This document shows, one piece after another, positions 55,916 through 64,000 of a stretch of DNA of 64,000 nucleotides (its first letter is position 1; every line of letters begins with the position of its first letter). Below the pieces are notes generated by a model that did not search any database, was not told where the DNA came from, and was given only the letters and a program-made list of their open reading frames with translations. Position numbers and translations under genes: made by a program. Location: the NCBI GenBank assembly GCA_965203175.1, contig OZ241867.1, positions 2,400,001-2,464,000 on the forward strand, in the 5' to 3' direction. Source of the DNA: Candidatus Latescibacterota bacterium. Its GTDB lineage: Bacteria > Latescibacterota > UBA2968 > UBA8231.

Positions 55916-57958
55916 CTATTCGATTTTAACCATTTTGCGGGTGCGGGTCTGCTCGTCCACCTGCAAGCGATACACATAGACTCCGGCGGCGACGGGGCGA
56001 CCCTGCGCGTCGCGGCCATCCCAAGTTAGTTCGTGTTCGCCAGCGGGCAGCGCACCTGTCCACACTTGGCGCGTTGGCTGTCCTAGGACATTGTAGATAG
56101 TTAAATCCACGTCCTTAGCTCCGGCAGGCACGGCCAAGGGGATGGTTGTGGCGGGGTTGAATGGGTTGGGGTAGTTGGCTCCGAGGGTAAAGGCTGTTGG
56201 CGTGGCTATCTCGGCCGCTATAGCTGTGGCCGGAGTGCCTTGGTTGATCAAGACGAAGACGCCGCCGTGGTCGCTTTCGGGACTTGTTCCCAGCACGACT
56301 AGATCGGTGTCGCCATCGCCATTCACGTCGCTGGCGAGCACCTGACTGCCCTCGCCGGGTAGAGGATAGTAGCCTTCGAGGACGGGTGCGCTAGTGCGTT
56401 GGCCGAGCAATACCACTAATGCCGAACCGTCGGTCGAGTTCCTGTCGACTAGGGCTGCATCTAGGAGTCCATCGCCGTTGAGGTCGCTGGCGCTGGCTGC
56501 GTGCGATGGGCGCACCTGCCAGTCGAGCAAGGAATGGCGTGCCAACACGCCCAAAGCGTCCATACGCCACAGAGCCAAGCCGTAGTAACCATCGTGAAAG
56601 ACTAGGGGGGAGCCGAGTAGGTCCGCCGTCCCATCGCCATCGAAGTCGGCCAGTAGGTGCAGAGCGTCGGGATCGACCGCGGCTTCGAAAAAGAGCGGCG
56701 GTTCTTGGACGGCCGCCCACGGCCGGGTCAGTTGCCAAGAGTCCGGCGTCCGACGGAAGAGTCGGTTCCACAACAGGCTCGCGGCTTCGCCGAGGGGTTG
56801 TCCGGTGGGTAGGTAGGCCAAGTGACCCTCCTCGCTGTCGAGGACGAATTCCTCGCCGCGGACAAAGTCGTAGCCATCGTTGATCCACAGGACCACTTGG
56901 TTCCTACCCTCGAAAACCAACAAGTCCACATCGCCGTCGCCGTCGCCATCCGCTAAACCAACGAGCCTGCCTTCGGACAGTTGCAGAGTGGGATCAAAGC
57001 CGCCGCCCCAGTTGTGCCAAAGCTCGACGGTTACGCCTTTAGAAACGACCAGATCTAGGAGTCCATCGCCGTCGAAGTCGCTTCCCTGAAGGTCCATGTG
57101 TCGAATGGGGTCAGAAAAGGATGTGGTTGAGAGGGTTACTTCTTGCGTAGGTTCAAAGCCGCCCAGCCCGTCGTTGGACGCCACGGTCCAGCCTTGGTGT
57201 CTTTCGCGGTCTATAAGGCGGTTCCAGGCCACCACGAGATCCGCATCGCCATCGCCGTCCACGTCGCCCACCGCGCCGCGCGATTTTTGCAGAGAGCCTA
57301 AGGTGCCGATGCTCTCTCCGAGGGGGGAAAAGTCGGGTTCGGCGAACAACGTGCCGGGTGGTCCCGTCTCCACCGCAATATCCTCCGGCGACAATTCCCC
57401 CTGCGCCAACTCTTCGGTTCCTGTCAGTTGAATCCAGTCTATTTCTAAAAGTTTTGGATGATTTTCTAGGTCCTGCGAGTCCCGATATAAAATCATGTAT
57501 ATGGAAAAATTGAAGAGGGTATCCTGCCAGGTGACCTTCCACTCTGGGTCTGCTGCCAAAGCGCGTAGATCTAGGGTGATTTCTTCCCATTCGATGGGAT
57601 AGGGTTGAATATGGCTAGTCCACTGGCGTCTGTTCTCGGCATTGGCCCAGCCCAGCCGGAGTTCCCCATGCTCGGTGGGGCTGTGGTGTATGAGGCGCAG
57701 CCGTAGGGTGAGGCGGTCGAACAGGGCCGAGTCTTTGCCGATCAATGGCGAGCTCAATGAAACGGTGGGTCTTTGACCAGGCACGGGCGCAATGCGCCAG
57801 ACGCCATCGACGATTTCGCTGTGGAGTGGGTCGCTACTGAAAGCAGAACTTTGCCGAGCGATCCAGCCATGAGGGGAGCCGTCGGCAAAATCCCACGTTA
57901 GGGCAAAAGATCTAAGTGGAGCCGCCAACAGTAGAATTGCAAAGAGCGTGTAGCGCAT
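55916..57958 (-). CDS. FG-GAP/VCBS + FlgD-Ig protein (paralog P2)
   Basis: Same architecture and high similarity to neighbouring copies. Confidence 0.9.
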   Translation of the reverse strand: MRYTLFAILLLAAPLRSFALTWDFADGSPHGWIARQSSAFSSDPLHSEIVDGVWRIAPVPGQRPTVSLSSPLIGKDSALFDRLTLRLRLIHHSPTEHGELRLGWANAENRRQWTSHIQPYPIEWEEITLDLRALAADPEWKVTWQDTLFNFSIYMILYRDSQDLENHPKLLEIDWIQLTGTEELAQGELSPEDIAVETGPPGTLFAEPDFSPLGESIGTLGSLQKSRGAVGDVDGDGDADLVVAWNRLIDRERHQGWTVASNDGLGGFEPTQEVTLSTTSFSDPIRHMDLQGSDFDGDGLLDLVVSKGVTVELWHNWGGGFDPTLQLSEGRLVGLADGDGDGDVDLLVFEGRNQVVLWINDGYDFVRGEEFVLDSEEGHLAYLPTGQPLGEAASLLWNRLFRRTPDSWQLTRPWAAVQEPPLFFEAAVDPDALHLLADFDGDGTADLLGSPLVFHDGYYGLALWRMDALGVLARHSLLDWQVRPSHAASASDLNGDGLLDAALVDRNSTDGSALVVLLGQRTSAPVLEGYYPLPGEGSQVLASDVNGDGDTDLVVLGTSPESDHGGVFVLINQGTPATAIAAEIATPTAFTLGANYPNPFNPATTIPLAVPAGAKDVDLTIYNVLGQPTRQVWTGALPAGEHELTWDGRDAQGRPVAAGVYVYRLQVDEQTRTRKMVKIE

Positions 57959-57983
57959 CGTTTTTCTTTAGAGATTGGCTCAC

Positions 57984-60110
57984 TTATTCGATTTTGACCA
58001 TTTTGCGGGCGTGCGTCTGCTCGTCCACTTTCAACCGATACAAATAGACCCCGGCGGCGACGGGTTGGCCTTGCGCATCGCGGCCATCCCACGTCAGCTC
58101 GTGTTCGCCGGCTGGTAGCGGTCCCGTCCACACCTGGCGCATCGGCTGTCCTAGGACATTGTAGATGGTTAAGTCCACGTTCCTCGCTCCGGCAGGCACG
58201 GTCAAGGGGATGGTCGTGGCGGGATTGAACGGGTTGGGATAGTTGACTCCTAAAGAAAAGGCCGTTGGCGTGGTCGTCGTCTCGCTGGCTACGGCCGTGG
58301 TTAGGGTGCCTTGGTTGAGCAAGACGAAGACGCCGCCGTGGTCGCTGGCCGGACTCGTTCCCAGTACGACCAGATCGGTGTCGCCATCGCCGTTGACATC
58401 GCTGGCGAAGACCTGATTGCCCTTGCCGGGCAGGGGGTAGTAGCCTTCGAAGACGGGTGCGTCGTTGCGCTGGCCGAACAACACCACTAGCGCCGAACCG
58501 ACGGTCAAGTTGCTAGCGACTAGGGCCACATCTAAGAGTCCATCGCCGTTGAGGTCGCTGGCGGTGGCTACTGACGGGAAAACCTTCCAGTCGAGCAAGG
58601 AGTGGCGTGCCAACACGCCGGAGGCGTCCAGACGCCATAGAGCCAAGCCGTAGTAGTCCGTGGCAAGAAACGTATCTATGCGCTCGGGGGAATAGAGCAT
58701 GTCCACTGTGCCATTTCCATCGAGGTCGGCGATCAGGTGCAGGGCGTCAGGATGAATCACGGCCTCGACAGCGAGCGGTGGTTCCTCGATGGCTGCCCAC
58801 GGTCGGGTTAGTTGCCAAGAGCCTTGGGAGCGGAACCAGAAGTCTGGAGAGTGGTACCACAACAGGCTCGCAGCTTCGCCGAGGGGTTGGACGGCGGGTA
58901 GGTAGGGGAACATTCTCTCGCTATCGAGGGCGAATTCCTCGCTATGGACAAAGTCGTAGCCATCGTTGATCCACAGGATCGCGTAATACGATCCGTCGTC
59001 AAACCCCCCGTCATACCTCCGGACTAACAGGTCCACATCACCGTCGCCGTCGCCATCGGCCAAGCCAAGGGGCCAGACGCCGGACAGTTGCGGGGTGGGT
59101 TCAAAGCCGCCGCCCCAGTTGTACCACACTTCGATGGTCCCGCCTTGGGGAACAACTAGATCTAGGAGTCCATCGCCGTCGAAGTCGTCTCCCTGAAGGT
59201 ACATGCGTGGAGGGTCGTCAGAGAGTTCGGTTGAGAGGAGGAACTCTTGGGTGGGTTCAAAGCCGCCCAGTCCGTCGTTGGACGCCACGGTCCAGCCCAG
59301 GTGGCTTTCGTCGTCCACGAGGCGGTTCCAAGCCACCACGAGATCCGCATCGCCGTCGCCGTCCACGTCGCCCACCGCGCCTTGCGATTCTTGCCGATAG
59401 CCTCGCCGAGTGTCTGGGGAGCCGATGCCCTCTCCGAGTGGGAAAAAGTCGGGTTCGGCGAACAGCGTGCCGGGCGGCTCCAACTCCACCGCGAGCTCCC
59501 GAGGCGACAATTCTCCCTGCGCCAATTCTTCGGCCCCTGTCAGTTGGATCCAGTCTATTTCTAAAAACTTTGGATGGTTTTCTAGATCCTGCGAGTCTCG
59601 GAATAACATCATGTCTATATGAATGTTAAAGAGAGTATCCTGCCAGACGATCTTTCGCTCTATGTCTTCTGCTGTCAAATCTCGTAGATCTATGGTGAGG
59701 TCTTCCCATTCGATGGGATAGGGTTGCAGACTTCTCCCCATGCTACTAGGCAGTGCTTCAGAGTGGCGTCTCTCCTCGGCATTGGACCAGAACATCCTGA
59801 GTGGCCCCTCGGTGGGGGTGTGGTGTATGAGGCGCAGCCGTAGGGTGATTCGGTCGAATAGGGCTGAGTCTTTGCCGATCAACGGCGAGCGCAATTGAAC
59901 GGTGGGTCTGCGACCAGGCACGGGCGCCATGCGCCAGACGCCATCGACGATTTCGCTCTGTAATGGGTCCCTACTGCCTAATTTATTGCTATAATGATAA
60001 CTTTCCCGGGCAGTCCAGCCCCAAGTGGAGCCATCGTCGAAATCCCACGTCAGGGCAAAGGTTCCAAGTGGAGCCGCCAACAATAGAATTGCAAAGAGAA
60101 AACAGTACAT
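57984..60110 (-). CDS. FG-GAP/VCBS + FlgD-Ig protein (paralog P3)
   Basis: Same architecture; first gene after the sigma54 promoter. Confidence 0.9.
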   Translation of the reverse strand: MYCFLFAILLLAAPLGTFALTWDFDDGSTWGWTARESYHYSNKLGSRDPLQSEIVDGVWRMAPVPGRRPTVQLRSPLIGKDSALFDRITLRLRLIHHTPTEGPLRMFWSNAEERRHSEALPSSMGRSLQPYPIEWEDLTIDLRDLTAEDIERKIVWQDTLFNIHIDMMLFRDSQDLENHPKFLEIDWIQLTGAEELAQGELSPRELAVELEPPGTLFAEPDFFPLGEGIGSPDTRRGYRQESQGAVGDVDGDGDADLVVAWNRLVDDESHLGWTVASNDGLGGFEPTQEFLLSTELSDDPPRMYLQGDDFDGDGLLDLVVPQGGTIEVWYNWGGGFEPTPQLSGVWPLGLADGDGDGDVDLLVRRYDGGFDDGSYYAILWINDGYDFVHSEEFALDSERMFPYLPAVQPLGEAASLLWYHSPDFWFRSQGSWQLTRPWAAIEEPPLAVEAVIHPDALHLIADLDGNGTVDMLYSPERIDTFLATDYYGLALWRLDASGVLARHSLLDWKVFPSVATASDLNGDGLLDVALVASNLTVGSALVVLFGQRNDAPVFEGYYPLPGKGNQVFASDVNGDGDTDLVVLGTSPASDHGGVFVLLNQGTLTTAVASETTTTPTAFSLGVNYPNPFNPATTIPLTVPAGARNVDLTIYNVLGQPMRQVWTGPLPAGEHELTWDGRDAQGQPVAAGVYLYRLKVDEQTHARKMVKIE

Positions 60111-60163
60111 AGGATCACCTATAGGGTCTTGGTCGTTTTGACGCCCTGTAGGTTAAGATACTC

Positions 60164-60178
60164 GCACATTCCGTGCCA
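60164..60178 (-). promoter_or_regulatory. Sigma54 (-24/-12) promoter
   Basis: Minus strand TGGCACGGAATGTGC against consensus TGGCACGNNNNTTGC; one mismatch, GG and GC correctly spaced. Confidence 0.75.
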
Positions 60179-60229
60179 AATATCAGGCCGCGCATAAAAA
60201 ATCCTTCGGGAGGGTCTTAAAGGATTGAA

Positions 60230-60242
60230 AATACAGTAGTTA
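60230..60242 (+). promoter_or_regulatory. IHF-like binding site
   Basis: AATACAGTAGTTA against WATCAANNNNTTR, in an AT-rich tract between the sigma54 promoter and the repeats. Confidence 0.5.
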
Positions 60243-60293
60243 AAAATGTGAATTTATTTTTCTAAGCCTTGCACACGCCATCGGTGCAAGGCT

Positions 60294-60353
60294 TTCCACG
60301 TTTTTTCGTGTATTTTCCACGACTTTCCGTGTACTTCCACGACTTTCCGTGTT
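60294..60353. repeat. Three tandem ~20-bp units TTCCACG-N6-CGTGT (palindromic CACG-N6-CGTG), putative enhancer sites
   Basis: Units start at 60294, 60315 and 60335. Confidence 0.82.
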
Positions 60354-60412
60354 GGCTGCGCCATCGCCAAGAAGCCCGCCGGAAGGTCTGCAGAGACAAC
60401 CAGCGCGAGAAT

Positions 60413-60464
60413 AGGCTGATTAACAGGGTGCAGTGTATGGATTTATTCAATTTGCTCGGGCCAT
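60413..60464 (-). pseudogene. Duplicated spacer plus 5' fragment of the FlgD-Ig gene that starts at 53744
   Basis: Matches 53707-53758: LNKSIHCTLLISL versus LNKAIHYALLIGL, after which similarity ends. Confidence 0.75.
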
Positions 60465-62588
60465 CTATTCGATTTTGACCATTTTGCGGGCGCGCGTCTG
60501 CTCGTCCACCTGCAACCGATACACATAGACCCCAGCGGCGACGGGGCGGCCCTGCGCGTCGCGGCCATCCCACGTCAGCTCGCGATCACCAATGGGTAGC
60601 GGACCCGTCCACACTTGGCGCAGCGGCTGTCCTAGGACGTTGTAGATGGTCAAGTTTACGTCCTTGGCTCCGTCGGGCACGGCTAGGGGGATGGTTGTGG
60701 CGGGATTGAACGGGTTGGGGTAGTTGGCACCGAGGGTAAAGGCTGTTGGCGTGGCTGCCGTCTCGCTGGTTGCGGCGGTGGCGGGGGTGCCTTGGTTGAT
60801 CAAGACGAAGACGCCGCCGTGGTCACTTCCGGGACTGGTTCCCAGCACGACCAGATCGGTGTCGCCATCGCCGTTGACATCGCTGGCGAGGATCTGACTG
60901 CCCTCGCCGGGCAGGGGGTAGTAGCCTTCGAGGACGGGTATGTCGTTGGGCTGGCCGAGCCACACCATCAGGGCCGGACCGACGGGCAAGTTGCCAGCGA
61001 CCATAGCCACATCGAGGAGTCCATCGCCGTTGAGGTCGCTGGCGGTGGCTGTGTGCGGCGAGAGCGCCTTCCAGTCGAGCAAGGAATGGCGCGTCCACCC
61101 GCCGGAGGCGTCCATCCGCCACAGGGCTAAGCCGTAGTAGTCGGTGCCGAAGTTCGTCTCTATGCGCTCGGGGGAGCCGAGTAGGTCCACCGTCCCATCG
61201 CCATCGAAATCGGCGATTAGGTGCAGGGCGGAGGGACGGACCGGACCCTCGACAGCGAGCGGCGGTTGTTGGACGGCTGCCCACGGCCGGGTCAATTGCC
61301 AGGGTTGGGGGTTGCAGAGTCGCTGCCGGCAGGGTGGAAACCAAAACAGGATGGCGGCTTCGCCGAGGGGTTGCCCGGCGCGCAGAATGGGAAAGTGATC
61401 CTCCTCGCTGTCGAGGGCGAATCTATCGCTACTGACAAAGCCGTAGCCGTCGTTGATCCACAAGGTCGCGTAATACGATGCGCCGTCGTACTCCATGACT
61501 ACGAGGTCCGCATCGCCGTCGCCATCGCCATCGGCCAAGCCAAGGAGCCAGACCTCGGACAGTTGCAGGATGGGATCAAATCCGTCGCCCCAGTTGTACC
61601 ATACTTCGACACTCCGGCCTTCATTAACGACCAGATCTAGGAGTCCATCGCCGTCGAAGTCGCTTCCCCGCAGGTCAATGAGTGGAGTGGAGTAACGAGA
61701 GAATGTGGATATGGTTGAGAGGGCGATCTCTTGAGTGGGTTCAAAGCGGCCTAGCCCGTCGTTGGACGCCACGATCCAGCCCACTTGTTCTATTTGTTTT
61801 TCGCGGTCTATGTTGCGCTCCCAAGCCACCACGAGATCGGCATCGCCATCGCCGTCCACGTCGCCCACTGCGCCGCGCGATACATCCGAGTCTGTGCCGA
61901 TAGGCCCTCCGAGGGAGAAAAAGTCGGGCGCGGCGAACAGCGTACCGGGCGGCCCCACTTCCACCGCGATATCCCTAGGCGACAATTCTCCCTGCGCCAA
62001 CTCTTCGGCCCCTGTAAGCTGGATACTGTCTATTTCTAAAAACGTCGGAGGGTTGTCCCAGTCCTGAGAGACCGTATATAAGAATATGGTTATAAGAAAA
62101 TTAAAGAGGGTATCTTGCCAGGTGACCGCCCGTTCTGAGTCTGCTGCCAAGGCGCGTAGATCTACGGTGATGTCTTCCCATTCGATGGGATAGCGTTGAG
62201 GACGTTCCTCGCGAAACCTCGCTCTATTTACGCTGTAGTCAGTGCGGCGGTTGTACTTGACATTGGACCAGTGCATCCAGAGGAACCCCTCGATGGGGCT
62301 ATGGTGTATGAGGCGCAGTCGCAGGGTGAGGCGATCGAATAGGGCCGAGTCTTCGCCAATCACCGGCGAGATCAATTGAACTTTGCTTGGATCAGGCACT
62401 AGCGCCATGCGCCAGACGCCATCGACGACTTCGCTGTGTAGTGGGGCGTTAGTGCCTTCTACATTGGCATCAATAGTAGTTGCCCGGGCGGTCCAGCCAT
62501 AGGTGGAGCCGTCGGCGAAATCCCATGTTAGGGCAACTACTCCGCGTGGAGCGACCAATAGCAAAATTACAAAGAGCGCGTAGCGCAT
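60465..62588 (-). CDS. FG-GAP/VCBS + FlgD-Ig protein (paralog P4)
   Basis: Start ATG 62588 (MRYALFVILLL...), homologous to the other paralog starts. Confidence 0.9.
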   Translation of the reverse strand: MRYALFVILLLVAPRGVVALTWDFADGSTYGWTARATTIDANVEGTNAPLHSEVVDGVWRMALVPDPSKVQLISPVIGEDSALFDRLTLRLRLIHHSPIEGFLWMHWSNVKYNRRTDYSVNRARFREERPQRYPIEWEDITVDLRALAADSERAVTWQDTLFNFLITIFLYTVSQDWDNPPTFLEIDSIQLTGAEELAQGELSPRDIAVEVGPPGTLFAAPDFFSLGGPIGTDSDVSRGAVGDVDGDGDADLVVAWERNIDREKQIEQVGWIVASNDGLGRFEPTQEIALSTISTFSRYSTPLIDLRGSDFDGDGLLDLVVNEGRSVEVWYNWGDGFDPILQLSEVWLLGLADGDGDGDADLVVMEYDGASYYATLWINDGYGFVSSDRFALDSEEDHFPILRAGQPLGEAAILFWFPPCRQRLCNPQPWQLTRPWAAVQQPPLAVEGPVRPSALHLIADFDGDGTVDLLGSPERIETNFGTDYYGLALWRMDASGGWTRHSLLDWKALSPHTATASDLNGDGLLDVAMVAGNLPVGPALMVWLGQPNDIPVLEGYYPLPGEGSQILASDVNGDGDTDLVVLGTSPGSDHGGVFVLINQGTPATAATSETAATPTAFTLGANYPNPFNPATTIPLAVPDGAKDVNLTIYNVLGQPLRQVWTGPLPIGDRELTWDGRDAQGRPVAAGVYVYRLQVDEQTRARKMVKIE

Positions 62589-62613
62589 AGTTTTTCTCCA
62601 GAGGTCGGCTCGT

Positions 62614-64000
62614 CTATTCGAGTTTGACCATCTTGCGGGCGTGCGTCTGTTCGTCCACCTGCAAGCGATACACATAGACTCCAGTGGCGACGGGTCGGCC
62701 CTGCGCGTCGCGGCCATCCCAAGTTAGCTGGTGTTCACCAGCGGACAACGGACCCGTCCACACTTGGCGCATCGGCTGTCCTAGGACGTTGTAGATGATT
62801 AAGTCCACGTTCTCGGCTCCGGCGGACACGGTTAAGGGGATGGTCGTGGTGGGGTTGAATGGGTTGGGGTAGTTGGCACCTAACGAAAAGGCCGTTGGTG
62901 TGGCCGCTGTCTCGCTGGCTACGGCTGTGGCTGGGGTGCCTTGGTTGATCAAGACGAAGACTCCGCCGTGGCTGCTTCCGGGACTGGTTCCCAGTACGAC
63001 CAGATCGGTGTCGCCATCGCCGTTGACATCGCTGGAGAAGACCTGACTGCCCTCGCCGGGCAGGGGATAGTAGCCTTCGAGGACAGGTACTCCGTTGCGC
63101 TGGCTGAGCAATACCGCCAGTGCCGAACCGACGGTCAAGTTGCCAGCAACCATGGCCACATCCAGCACGCCATCGCCGTTGAGGTCGCTGGCGGTGGCCA
63201 CTGACGGGAAGACGTTCCAGTCGAGTAAGGAGTCGCGTGTCCACCCTCCGGAGGAGTCCAGACGCCATAGAGCCAAGCCGTAGTAGTCAGTGGCACTCAA
63301 GAAGGTCCCTATACTCTTGGGGGAGCCGAGCAGATCCACCATCCCATTTCCATTGAGGTCGGCCAGTAGGTGTAGGGCGCAGGGATTGACCTCGGCCTCA
63401 AAAGAGAGCGGCGATTCTTGGACGGTCGCCCACGGCCGGGTCAGTTGCCAAGGGCCTGGCGACTGATAACATGGTAGGTTCCACAACAGGCTCACGGCTT
63501 CACCTAGGGGTTGCCCGGCGAGTAAGTAGGGGCGCTCCTCCTCTATACCGAAGACGAGTGTATCGCCGTGGGCAAAGTCGTAGCCGTCATTGAGCCACAG
63601 GGTCACGTAATACGATTCGCCGTCATATCCCTGAACTAACAGGTCCACATCGCCGTCGCCGTCGCCATCGGCCAAGCCAGCGAGCCCGCCGGACAGTTCC
63701 CGGAAGGGATCAAAGCTGCCACCCCAGTTGTACCACAGTTCGACAATCCCGCCTTCGGAAACGGCCAGATCTAGGAGTCCATCGCCGTCGAAGTCGCTTC
63801 CCCGGAGGTCAATGGAGTGATCAAAATAGGGTGTAGTTAAGAGGGGTACTTCTCCGGTGGGTTCAAAACCGCCTAGTCCGTCGTTGGACGCCACAGTCCA
63901 GCCCAGTTGTCTTTCGCCGTCCATAGGGCGGTTCCAGATCGCTACGAGATCTGCATCGCCATCGCCGTCCACATCGCCTACCGCGCCGCGCGAGTCTCGC
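62614..64000 (-). CDS. FG-GAP/VCBS + FlgD-Ig protein (paralog P5), 5' end beyond the window
   Basis: Frame open to the window edge (..SRGAVGDVDGDG); same C-terminal two-thirds as P1-P4. Confidence 0.88.
   Translation of the reverse strand, partial: RDSRGAVGDVDGDGDADLVAIWNRPMDGERQLGWTVASNDGLGGFEPTGEVPLLTTPYFDHSIDLRGSDFDGDGLLDLAVSEGGIVELWYNWGGSFDPFRELSGGLAGLADGDGDGDVDLLVQGYDGESYYVTLWLNDGYDFAHGDTLVFGIEEERPYLLAGQPLGEAVSLLWNLPCYQSPGPWQLTRPWATVQESPLSFEAEVNPCALHLLADLNGNGMVDLLGSPKSIGTFLSATDYYGLALWRLDSSGGWTRDSLLDWNVFPSVATASDLNGDGVLDVAMVAGNLTVGSALAVLLSQRNGVPVLEGYYPLPGEGSQVFSSDVNGDGDTDLVVLGTSPGSSHGGVFVLINQGTPATAVASETAATPTAFSLGANYPNPFNPTTTIPLTVSAGAENVDLIIYNVLGQPMRQVWTGPLSAGEHQLTWDGRDAQGRPVATGVYVYRLQVDEQTHARKMVKLE

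Noticed and set aside
60294-60353. Possible mini-CRISPR or iteron array
   Set aside because: Units abut with no unique spacers, and no cas or rep genes are present. Position relative to the sigma54 promoter explains them better.
53759-64000. Diversity-generating retroelement or shufflon acting on the paralogs
   Set aside because: No reverse transcriptase, recombinase or inverted copies in the window. Variation is indel-rich and not adenine-specific.

Overview
GC-rich bacterial chromosomal window. FlgD-Ig/T9SS-like C-terminal domains, PhyH-HEAT fusions, sulfatase/FGE genes and a 'SWGxVK' C-terminal tail suggest an FCB-group organism, probably Latescibacterota-like (inference only). Positions 1-42 kb hold housekeeping and catabolic genes: the end of an Mrp antiporter operon, gntK, a His-less pseudo-histidine kinase, hflX, an ABC solute-binding protein, a compositionally atypical patch (metallophosphoesterase, dpaL, SGNH-like), an ECF/anti-sigma/DUF4252/DUF4252-Omp85 locus, a PhyH/Gfo/PhyH-HEAT x2/long UxaA operon, an orphaned UPF0175 antitoxin with a truncated PIN toxin, murA, tRNA-Phe, FGE, MFS, sulfatase and a second ECF/anti-sigma pair. 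Positions 42.1-64 kb are the most striking part: a minus-strand cell-surface locus of more than 22 kb. It has at least five tandem paralogous FG-GAP proteins with hypervariable loops and type-A-like sorting tails, three FlgD-Ig proteins with type-B-like (FTPNGDG.ND) tails, and two ~885-aa putative Ca-binding beta-barrel partners. An internal sigma54 promoter has an IHF-like site and three tandem palindromic enhancer-like boxes. No CRISPR, integrase, transposase or rRNA was seen. All family assignments are from motif recognition by eye, not database searches.
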